In this document: positions 35,781 through 64,000 of the stretch, piece after piece
How the letters are laid out: each line of letters starts with the position of its first letter
How positions within the stretch are numbered: the first letter of the stretch is position 1
Source: the human T2T-CHM13v2.0 reference genome, Homo sapiens
DNA: 64,000 nt
Reading direction: 5' to 3' (one strand)
Assembly: GCF_009914755.1 (NCBI RefSeq)
Contig: NC_060935.1
Program-made: the position numbers and the translations under genes
Notes under the pieces: generated by a model
Told to the model about the DNA's origin: nothing
The model's input: the letters and a program-made list of their open reading frames with translations, nothing else
Databases searched by the model: none

Positions 35781-36535
35781 TCGGGGTTTGGGATTATCTT
35801 CCCCCTTGACAGCAGAGTCAGGTTCTGAGGTTGGGCCACCGAGGTTACTGACGCCTTCCTGCTCTGGTTAAGACGTGGGTGGCTGCACCTTGGAGTTGAG
35901 AGCTGGTCCTCGTCCACATTCACAGTATGACTCTGAGCAAGTCCCTTCCCCTTTCTGGGTCTCAGTTTTCCCAGCCGTTGAAAGGGGGCCAGTAGTACGT
36001 ACCTCCCAGGGCTGCGGGCAGGAAGGAAGGCGGCCCGGGCAGCGCTCTCTAGGGTGGCACCAAGTTGCTGGTTGCCCTCTCTCCACGCAGCCTCTGCGCG
36101 CACCGAGCGGGCACTGCGGTCGGGCGACACCCCTTCCACGCCCCCCTCCCCCGCCCCCGCTCCCGCTCCCGCTCCCGGGTCGCGGCGCGAGGCCCCGGAA
36201 GCCGGGTCGCCCCGCCCCCGCGCTCCTGCCCCGGCCCCCGCCCCGCGCCGGAGCCCCGCCCGCCTTCCGACGGGGGTGCGGCTCCAGGAAACGGCGCGCT
36301 CCCAGCTCCGCGCTCGCCACCCGACGCGCCCCAGGCGACCCCGCAGACTCAGCCAGACCACCCTGCGGGCCCCAGCGGCGGCAGCGGAGAGCGCGGTCCC
36401 GGGTCGGAGCCTGGGACACCTCCGCACGGACGGGGCGGGCGGCGCGGACAGGCCATGGGGACCCGGGCCGGGCCAGCGGTGGCGGGCCAGCGGGAGCCCC
36501 GGGCCTGAGAAGTGGGCGGCGGGGTGGCGGGGGCC

Positions 36536-52535
<16,000 letters not shown>

Positions 52536-52858
52536 GGCCGCCGGCCCGGGTGGCCCATAACTTCTCGCGTCCCCGGCGTCCGCCGCCGCCCCGGGCCTGC
52601 GCTGCGGACGACCCGGCCGTCCCGGAGGCCGCGCGCGTGTCCGCTAGGGGCCGCCGGCGCCCTTCCCCGTATAGGGCAGGGCGGATCCCCGACCCCACGG
52701 GCGGGGCGGCCGCCGTATTTATTTGTCACCGAGGGTGTGTGCGCGCTCGCGGCGGGTGCGGGGTCCTCCCCGACGGCACGGCCGGGCCGGCGGCCTCGGG
52801 GAGAGGGATGCCTGGGCACTACCGCCCCGCGCTGGCTTGCCCTCCTGTTCTCCAGAGC

Positions 52859-52864
52859 AATAAA
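52859..52864 (+). terminator. EHBP1L1 polyadenylation signal
   Basis: AATAAA about 325 nt after the stop. Confidence 0.85.
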
Positions 52865-53098
52865 GTTGGACGAGACTACCCCAGCGCCGGCCTTTTCTCC
52901 GCTCCACCTGGGCTCTCAATAGGCGGAGGGGAGTGCGCCGAGGCTGAGGCGGGCGGCTCTGCCATCCTAAGCCGGAAGGTGCGGTTTCGAGGTTCCCAGG
53001 GCCAACGGAGGCTGGACCTCGGCCTTCCCGGGATGGTGGCCGGTGGCTCAGGGAAGTCCCATTCGAAATAGTTGAAAATAGCCGAAGTCGTTGCTCAT

Positions 53099-53104
53099 TT
53101 TATG
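53099..53104 (-). terminator. Probable variant (CATAAA) polyadenylation signal of KCNK7
   Basis: TTTATG on plus about 135 nt past the stop; I saw no canonical hexamer between the stop and the EHBP1L1 3' end. Confidence 0.5.
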
Positions 53105-53237
53105 ATTAACAGTATCCCCTGAGGCCTCCCGCCCACCCTCACCGCGGCTCCATCTCCAGATTCTTCCCCAGCCACTCCTGGCTGCTTCCTCCTCAGGTGC
53201 CGCCACCTTACGGAGCTGAACTCGGTCACCTGACGCT

Positions 53238-56005
53238 TCAGCAAGCAGGGGCTTGTCCTGAAGCTGGGGCCGCGGGCGGCAGGGTGCTCAGAGCCAGTTC
53301 ATCCTGCCCTAGGATGCCACCTTGGTCCTCAGCAGTCACAGGACCACTGGGTCTGAAGAACTTCCCCATGGCACGGACCTGCGGCAGCTCAGAGAAGGTC
53401 TCCACTGCCAGCAGCATGGCCAAGAGTCCTAGAAGCAAGTAACCTGGGGAGGAGAAGGTGCTGGGGCAGCGCCTGGGTTCTGGTGATGCTCCCCGCCCAC
53501 CTCCCAGCGCAGTGACTTGCCCTGGCAACTGGCACCACTCACCCCCTTCTCAACGCTGCCACCAGAGCTCTTCGACTACCCCTCCCACGCCGTGCCCTGG
53601 AGTGAGGTCCCTCCACCTGCAAGGCCCAGCCCCCCAGTGATTTATGGGAGTCCTAGTCCAGGCTCCTCTTCCCCCTTCCCCCACACGCTGTTAGGTGGCT
53701 GGACTTACCAAGAAGTGCGAGCTGGCCCAGGTGGTAAATCACGGGGTGCAGGCTGCGGCCGCGGCCGGGCAGCAAGTCCTCCAGGCCAATGGTGCTGAGC
53801 GAGCTGAAGCAGAAGTAGACGGCCCCCAGCAGGCTGCAGTCGCCCTGAAGGCCCCACAGCACCAGCGCTGGCAGCAGCACAAAGCTGCTGGCCACCAGCA
53901 GTCCCAGTGCAACTGCCTGCAGCAGCGCAGCCCTGGCCGGTGACAGCTGCCAGTGGACCGCTACCCAGGCACGTGGGCGGCTGAGCACAGGCAGCAGGCA
54001 ATGGCGCAGGGTGGCCACGAGAGCTAAGGAGGCTGGCAGCCCCAGGGCTGCATAGACCATGCAGAAGGCCTTTCCGCCTGGCGATAGTGGGGCCATGTGG
54101 CCATAACCTGGAGAAGAGAGAGTCAGTGGACAGTGAGAGCTCTGAGTGCCATGTCTGCTGGGGTCCCTGCCTACCCCAATACTGCCTTCCGCAGAAGGCT
54201 GCCCTCTGGTGGCCTTGAACTGGCCAGGCCCAGGTTCTAGCTGGCTCTGCTCCTCTTCGTCAGGGGATCCCTTACCCTCTCTAGGCCATTCTTTTCTTTT
54301 TTGGAAAATGAAAGGATGAAAGAAGACAGTTCCTCAGGCCTTTTGTAGCTGGGACAATTCTGAGAACTGCGCTGCCCTTAACAGATACTCCCGATTCCAC
54401 AGCTGGTGGAATATCATCCACTCTTTCCCCAAATGTGTGTCATGTCCTGTGTGCCAGGCTTTGTACTGGGATCTGAATCAGCCCAGGCCCTGCCCCTTCT
54501 GGTGGGGGAGTCGGGCAGGCAAATCACGAAGGGCTGCAAAGAGGCAGCATGGGCGAGAGAGGGCATGTGCCAGGCGGGGAGGGGTGGGAGTGCGGGGTGT
54601 GCTGGGAGAACAGGATCAGCTAATACAGAGCTGCAAACGCACATGCCTACCGGAGCCAGATGGGAGACAAACAGGAGTGGTGGGGACAGGGGTACACTGG
54701 AAAGTGTGAGCTGTATCCAAAGGGCAGGCCCCATTCTGCTCCAGTCAGGATGTTGCCTTGCAGGGATTCTGGCTCAGTGTGAGTGGGTTTCCTGATTTTC
54801 CAAAAGAAGTTGGAAATATGAGCTGGGCACAGTGGCTCACACCTGTAATCCCAACACTTTGGGAGGCTGAGGCAGGTGGATCACTTGAGGTCAGGAGTTT
54901 GAGAACAGCCTGGCCAACATGGCAAAACCCCGTCTCTACTAAAAACACAAAAATTAGCCGGGCATGGTGGTGCATGCCTGTAGTCCCAGCTACTCAGGAG
55001 GCTGAGGCAGGAGAATTGCTAGAACCCGGGAGGTGGAGGTTGCAGTGAGCCAAGATCGCACCACCGCACCCCAGCCTGGGTGACAGGGTCAGACACCGTT
55101 TCAAAAAAAAAAAAAGTTGGAAATACAAATTCCAATTCAAAAAATACTGAGACACTTTGTGGGGCAAAAAATACGAAAACCCAGGGCTGTGGGTCTCATT
55201 GCTGCTTTTCCCTGGGCCTGTGCCCACGCGATTTCTCTGCAGGACTCCCTCATCCCTGTCTGTGCCCTCCTGATCCACAAGCATCTCATGCCGACTTCCT
55301 CCCCTATCTTCCCTCACTCCCCCACCCGAGGCCATGGTCCTGATCTGTCCTTCCCAGGTTCATTCTATTTGCTTCCATCCAAGAATCCATCCCACTGTAT
55401 TGTATCCCCTATCTGGCCACAGGCTGTGGCATCTGGGCAGCTCTCCTGGGTCTCAAAGGGTGCCTGGGGTGGGACTGGGGAGGCCACACCCTTCCTGGCA
55501 GTTGAAGTGGAGGCACCAGTTGGGGTGTGTTGGTGGGGAGCCCCAGCTGTGATGTCAGGCCTCACAGGGCCTGGGCTCCATCTGGCTCTTTGGGGCTGAA
55601 GGAAGGGCTGCATGAACCCCAAAGCCCCCAGGGAGCCATGGCCTCTTGGAGCCGCACCCCCCGACTTGGCTGCCTGGCTCTCTTACCTGTGGTGGTGAGG
55701 ATGCTGGCAGCGAAGAGCAGGGCTGAGGGAAGGTCCCAGGTCCTGCCCTCTGAGCTGTTGCCCAGGGTGGAGACCCCATGGGCCTGGGTGGCCAGGGCAG
55801 TGCCCAGCAGCTCTTCCAGAGCTCCGGGTGGCAGGCAGGCCCTATGCTCTGCCTGGAAGGCTGCCAGCTCTGCCCTGAGCTCAGCCTGAAGCCTGCATGC
55901 AGGAGGCCCCTCCAGGGCCTGGAACACCACAGCCCCAAGCCCCAGGGCCAGCAAGTGGGCCACAACCAGGAGCCCGTATCGGGACCAGGGCCTTAGACCC
56001 CCCAT
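53238..56005 (-). CDS. KCNK7: Two-pore-domain potassium channel K2P7.1, 307 aa isoform
   Basis: Exons 55687-56005, 53709-54107, 53238-53443 (924 nt). Starts [15 protein letters not shown]; P1 is TTTGYG and P2 is STIGLE; four hydrophobic segments. Confidence 0.96.
54198..54214 (-). promoter_or_regulatory. CTCF motif
   Basis: The minus strand reads GGCCACCAGAGGGCAGC, close to consensus. Confidence 0.65.
54821..55115 (+). mobile_element. AluSx-like in KCNK7 intron 1
   Basis: Full dimer; AAGTTGGAAATA appears on both flanks. Confidence 0.9.
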
Positions 56006-57148
56006 GGCAGGCCGCTGGGGTGCTGTGGGAACTGGCAGCTCCACCTCAGGCACCTGGGAGGGGCTGGGCAGGGCGGGGCCAGGAGGAGGTGCTGTGTGGG
56101 TGGCTGGGACCCGGCTGGGATGGCTGGGGTGGCTGGGGTGTGAACAGGAGGGAGGTGAGCTGCATCACCCTTCCCAGGTCCTGGAGGCAAGACATTTGCC
56201 CATTTCACAGCAGCTGGGATGGTGGGGATGGGTGGAGGAAGGCGGCTGCGGTGAGGGGAGGAGGCGGAGGAAGCTGAAGCCTAGAGAGGACCTCACACTT
56301 ATTCAAGGTCCTGCTCACTCAGGCACCCATACCACATTCATTCATTCATTCATTCATTCAAGTGCTTAGGGAAGAGGACAGGCACAGGTCCTTTCCTTCC
56401 TGGTGTTTACACAAGAAACCTCTTAGCAAAGAAACATGGCAACCTCACATTGTCATGAGTTCCATGAAGGAAACACCCTGGGTGATGGGAGAGCTCTGCG
56501 GGGAGCGGGGGGGTTATCTCACTGGGAAAGCTCTGCTAAGGAGGTGATATTTCAGCTGGGGAGTAAGAGGCCAGTGAAGGTAGGAATGAGCTTGGGGTGT
56601 GAGAGGAACAGAGGGCTGGCTGTGGCGGGGGAGAGTTGGGGGTGAAGGGGGGATAAGGACACAGGCCCTTGAGGATAAATGTGGTCCAGGGAGACCTACG
56701 CTGGGCTACTGTAGGCGTCGTGGATGGAGTGATTTTGGCCTGGGTGGTGTGGTGGGAGAGGAATGGTGGCAGCTGGGAAGGATCAGGTGGGGGTGGGAGG
56801 TGGGGAGAGGACTCCAGGGTGCCCAGAGCACCCGGGCAGATGATACCCTTGCGCCCGATTGCCAGTTCTTCCTGAGAACGCTTTGTGCCTGCCCTCCTGA
56901 CTCCCTGCCCCTGAACTGCAGACACAGAGTCTGGGCTGCCATGGGGCACCTGGGAGAGGGGAAGGGGGAGCCTGGGTTCCAACTCCTCTAACGTCAGAGG
57001 GGCTGAGGACAGAGGCCAAGGAAGGGACCCAGCCCTAGGGTATGGTGTGGGAGTGCCAGAGCCCCCAAGGCAGTGTGAAGAGAACTGTCAGGGGTGCCAG
57101 ATGCCATGGCAAGTCACCATACTGGGAGGTGGGTGGAACTTACTACTC

Positions 57149-57774
<626 letters not shown>

Positions 57775-57935
57775 TGACCAAGGCTGGTGGATTTGGTCCC
57801 AGGAGAGGCATGCAGTACAAGGCATCCAACTGCCTATTGTTGGGGCATCAGGACACCAGTGTTGTATGATAGGTTGGGTCACCTGGTTACCTCCAAGAAA
57901 GGTGACAGGCTACATGTGGGGAGACAGCTTTTGAG

Positions 57936-57941
57936 TTTATT
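57936..57941 (-). terminator. MAP3K11 polyadenylation signal
   Basis: TTTATT on plus (AATAAA on minus) about 510 nt past the stop. Confidence 0.85.
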
Positions 57942-58450
57942 TGGCTTCTGGCTTCACTGGATCCCGAGGCTAAGACTCCAACCCTGGCTGGGGCAGCAGG
58001 AAGGCACCCAGAGAGCCCTGGCCCCAGATGACCCCCAGGGCAGGAGGTCCATGCTCTAAGCCCTAGGGCAGGGGCCGCAGTAGCAGGACTTGGTCAAAAG
58101 TGCTGGTGACAGCTGAGGCCGGCCCCTCTTCCCTGCACCTCCCCTCCTCCCTGCATCACCCCAGCAGGCAATTCCCTGAGACAGGCTCTGGTCCTCCCAA
58201 CCAGCTGGGTACAGTGTTGGGCCCCAGTAGGGCAGGTGAGCTGGGGGGACCTACAGGTTTCAGATGTGGGGGCGCAGGTCCCCCTTCCAGTGTGAAGGCT
58301 TCCTGTGCAGTGTAGTGTTCCTGACCCCCAAAGGGGGGTGGGGTCCCTGGGGAAACTGAGGCAGCTGCAGAGGCTGACCCAGCTCCTGTTCCAGTGTATG
58401 CTGTGACTCCTCCTAAGGCAGCTGGAGCTCGGGGGAGTGGCCTGGCCCAC

Positions 58451-59928
58451 TCAAGGCCCCGCTTCCGGCACCCACGGGGCCTGGGCACCCATGTCTTTGG
58501 TCTGTGCCCTGCAGTCCTGGGGGCCCCCCTGGAAGGGGTTGGCAGGTGGGGAGTCCCAGAAGGGGTCTGAGTCCGGGAACAAGGTCCAGGGTGCTCGGCG
58601 GGGTGCAGGCTGTGGTGATGGCAGGGGAGAAGGCCGTGGCCCAGCTGACACAAAGCTCCAGGGATCAATGCGGCTGCGAAGGGGCGAGGGCCGAGGTCGG
58701 CTGATGAGGCCCAGGGGTGGTGAACGTGGGGTGCCTGGGGTGCCAGGAGCAGAGCGTGATGTCCCCGGTGGGGGTGAGACAGTGCCTCCTGTGAGGATAT
58801 AGGAGGGGCACAGGGTCAAGCAACCCCCAACTGCTGAGGTCCCCAAGACACTGTCCTGCTCTGGGCCTCAGTTTCCCCATCTGCACAGTGACCTACTTGA
58901 CTCAACTTCCACCGCCCTTCCTGCTCCGCGGTGCCTCTGTTTTTTGTAATAGTTAGGAGTGAGGCCTCTGCAGCAGGCTGGCCTGGATGTGGATCCCGGC
59001 CCTGCCACTTACTAGCTGTGGGAGCTGTGGGTCCCTTAATCTCTGTGCCTTAAATTTCCTCATCTAAAAATGGGCATCCAGGAGCGCTTAGTTCTCTGGT
59101 TGTTATGACTAAATGAGACCATCTCGGGAAAGCCTTGCAAACAGTACTTGGCACAAGTAAGGAGCCAGGAGTTTGCTACGATTTTGATTACATGTATGCT
59201 GTGTCGCCCAGGCTGGAGTCCAGTGTCATGATCACCGCTCACTGCAGCCTCAACCTTTCAAGGCTCACGTGATCCTCCCAGAGTGCTGGGATCACAGGAG
59301 TGCACCACTGCCTGGCCCGATTACTTCTTTTATTTCACAGCAGGCATCGCCCCCACCTGCCTGGACCACCTGATAGCTGAACTTAGAACTCTGCTCCCTA
59401 CATGCGTCTTCAGTACCCCGAATGCCTGGTTCAGGGTCCAGCTGATGACTGTGGTCTCGGCCTTGCCTCCTTGCATGTCCCCACCAGCCACTCCTCCCTC
59501 CCTGGGAACCCCCGTCTCCCATATGTGAAGCAGGCTGGCTTCAGGCCACTCACCGCGGGGCTCCTCCTCACGTCGGGGGCTCTTGGCTGACCGCTGGCCC
59601 ACAGGGATACCCAGGTCCAGCAACAGGGGTGCAGGAGTGGGCGGGGAGTCGGGCGTCTTGAGCGAGAAGCAGATGAGCGGGGAAGGGGGCGGCTCGGTCG
59701 GGCAGGGCGCGGGCGTTGGCGTGGGGGGTGTTGTCGGGGACTCCCCGCGCTCGCGTCCTGGGCCTCCCGGCGGCTGCAGGTCGCGGCCAAGGCCCAGCGA
59801 GGCGAGCAGGGCGGTGCCGCGCAGCAGCGCCCGCTGGATCAGCTTGGGCGTCCCAGAGCTGCTACCGCGCTCTGCGGGGACAGGCCTCTTGGGCTCCTCG
59901 GGCTCCAGGCTAGGCCGCGGGGGGTTAC
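58451..59928 (-). CDS. MAP3K11: Mixed lineage kinase 3, last two coding exons (rest of gene beyond the right edge)
   Basis: Exons 59554-59928 (GNPPRPSLEPEEPK...KLIQRALLRGTALLASLGLG...) and 58451-58788 (GGTVSPPPG...RIDPWSFVS...WVPEAGP stop). The phases match. Confidence 0.95.
58950..59175. mobile_element. MIR
   Basis: CCCTGCCACTTACTAGCTGTG...TTTCCTCATCTAAAAATGGG. Confidence 0.7.
59195..59319 (-). mobile_element. Alu fragment
   Basis: Short, internally deleted reverse Alu sequence. Confidence 0.65.
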
Positions 59929-60399
59929 CTGCGGGCAGAGGTGGCACAGGTGAGGGTGTGGCTGGTGCATATTCCGGGTGAGGGCCCAAGACCTCTCCGT
60001 GGTCTTGGAACAAGGACTGAGTTCTGCCCTCTACTAGCATCTTCCCTGGTCCCACAGGTCCCATGGCCTCCCCATCACATACCCACATTCTGGCCTTTCA
60101 CAAGATGGGCACTGGGAGGGGAGGGCAGTGCAGGTGGAGGAAGCGGCAGCAAAGCCCAATGGCAGCCAGCGACCCCAGACCCGAAAGATGGATGGGCAGT
60201 CCCAGTGGAGGCAGGCTGGGGCCAGGTCACAGTGGGCCTCTGTGGCCTGCCAGGGGCAACCTCCAGGCCCAGGGGCATGGCAGGTCCCACTGACTGGGAC
60301 CGGCGCCCTGTGCTCTGTGCCCACCAGCTTCCTGGCTTGGCAGCCCTGCCCCTTCTGCCCACCCACCCCCGCTCCAGCTGTAGCTTATAAGATGCACAC

Positions 60400-60680
60400 A
60401 GTCAACTCTAAGGTACATGGCAGCCCTGAGGGCATAAATCCCTGTCTCTATTCTAGAAAGGAGGAAAATGAGGTTCAGAGGGGTCAGTACCTTGCCCAAG
60501 GTCACAGCTAATTTACAGAGTATGTATTTGTGCCAGGCCTGAGCTGAATGGCATAGGGGCATTATGTTGTCTGATTCTCATGCCCCAGGGGTTCCAGGCT
60601 CAGAGAGGTTGAGGGCTTGTGCGGAGCTGTACAGCCAGTGAAAGGTGGAGCCGGCCTCACCCCAGGCAAGGGCAGTAGAA
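60400..60680. mobile_element. MIR fragments
   Basis: GAGGAAAATGAGGTTCAGAG...CTTGCCCAAGGTCACAGCTA. Confidence 0.6.
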
Positions 60681-61634
60681 CCTTTGCTCTCCACCATTTC
60701 CCAGCCAGACTCTGCCCTAGATTTCAAGACACTAGTGTCCTACCTTCCAGTCTAGGGTTGGCCTGACTCCATTCTAGACCACTTGGGCAGGGATGGGGAA
60801 CCCCTCATTAAGGACAAGGGACTCTAGGATGGGCTCTCACAAGCCCTGATTTTGTCAGATCCCTCCTTGGCTCTAGAAACTGCTGTGGCTCTCCACTGTC
60901 ACTAGGAGAAAGTCTGGCCTCCTTGGCTGGTCCTCTGAAGCCCTCCCTGGCCTTGTCCCTCTGCCTTTCCCCTCCTGCCTGGAGTGCAGCAGCGGGTTGG
61001 ATGTCGGGAGGAAGAAATACAAGGCTGGGAAAAATGAGCTTCTACTATGAACCAGGACTTAGCTCACAGTCCCTTCTGTCAGCCCCAACCCTTACTCAGA
61101 CTCTCTGCCTCTTACCTCACCCGACTCCCACCCCGGCCACTGCCACTGAAGGGACAAGGGAATCCTTCTAAAATGCAAACCTGTTAAAGACAGGTCTCTG
61201 CTTAAAAACTACCCATCACTTCCAGCTTCATTCACTCATTCATTCAATCAACATCTACTGACCCATGTGCCTTGGCCCCTGTCCGCAGCCCCAGTCCTGA
61301 GACTCCTCGGCTCTCAACTCTTCTCGGAGTTCAGCCAGGTTGCCTTTTCCTTGGGTATGGTGAGCTGCATGCCTGCGCACACACTATTCACTCTGGGTGG
61401 CTGACCTTTCCCACCTTGGCTTTCAGTGACCTCTTATGCACCATCCAAGACCAACTGGGATGTCACTTCCTCTGTGAAGCCCTCCCAGAATCTCCCTGAA
61501 CCTACACAGTTATTGCTCACGTTATGCCTCATAGAGGTGCTACTGGACTTGTTTATGAGTCTGCCTGCTTCATCATATGAGGTCAGGGCAGTGTTTAACA
61601 TGTTGATGCCTGGCTCTTAAAATGCAAATCCCTG

Positions 61635-62023
<389 letters not shown>

Positions 62024-62082
62024 TCATTTACAGTGAGTTTAAACAGAAGAGGGGAAATCATGTTTAAAAAAAAGAAAGAGTT

Positions 62083-63275
<1,193 letters not shown>

Positions 63276-64000
63276 ACAGAAATGAGACAAAGGGAAGAGA
63301 AGATAGGGTCCAGCAGACAAAATGAGAGTGAACAGAAGTTCCTGCAGTCAATGGCCTGAGAAACTGAGGTTCTGAAGGGTAAGGGACTTGGTCAACATAA
63401 TCCAGCTAGGATTTGAATCTGCCTCTAAGCTTCCTGGCAGCAAGAGTTAGCAACTCTGTTGTTTAGGAGAAAGCTGCGTGACTATTCTTGACCCAAAGAT
63501 AGATAGATAGAGGCGAAACTGCTTCCGTGAGGTCTCACAGGGAGGACACAGCCACGTAGTTATTGGCTCTAAGGCAACAAGCTTCACAGGGCAGTTGCTA
63601 TCAGCGTAGCTGAGTGCACCCTGCCAATGTGCCACTCCTTGCAGCCAGCTCTCCAGGGACCAGAACAGCCCACTGGGGACAGGGTGAGGGTGTGTGTGAC
63701 TCTCCAGTGGTATGGCTTATGCCGGGGACCATCTCACAGGGTCTGGGACCTCTGTGAAGCCCCATTATTTGATTCTTAGCTGGGTTTCGGGGGGTGGCTG
63801 TGAGGTCAATGTCATGTACTTTCATGGACCCAGATGATGCGTGGAGTGTGGGATTGGGCTAGGGGAACCAGATGCTCAGCCAGCCACTGAGCTGGGCAGC
63901 TGACATCCTTTCAGGGCAAGTGGCAATCCATTTCTTCATCAGCCAGGAAGGGCACTGGTGTTGAGGCCGACATACTTATCAAGAACAGTAACTACCATGG

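Overview
GC-rich, Alu-dense human genomic DNA. By protein sequence and gene order I recognise it as the 11q13.1 cluster. It holds LTBP3 (minus strand, exons 1-25 present, 3' end runs off the left edge), ZNRD2/SSSCA1 (+, 4 exons, 199 aa), FAM89B/LRAP25 (+, 2 exons, 189 aa), EHBP1L1 (+, 19 exons, 1523 aa), KCNK7 (minus, 3 exons, 307 aa) and the last two coding exons of MAP3K11/MLK3 (minus). I built all exon models by hand from GT-AG sites, and they keep frame. About 35 Alu copies or fragments are present, with MIR, L2 and LTR relics and several CpG islands. I saw no rRNA, tRNA or CRISPR. This is a well-known locus and I cannot claim a proven new system. The strongest unexplained leads are: (1) two oppositely oriented RGGTCA/TGACCY arrays in the introns flanking the frame-symmetric LTBP3 exons 7-8; (2) a strong-Kozak uORF in frame with EHBP1L1 and separated from it by one TGA; (3) an RFX X-box cluster inside EHBP1L1 intron 11; (4) a convergent CTCF pair bracketing EHBP1L1; (5) a 36-nt candidate cassette exon in EHBP1L1; (6) a (CTG)12 poly-Leu signal-peptide allele of LTBP3. 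Repeat boundaries and subfamily calls were made by eye and are approximate.
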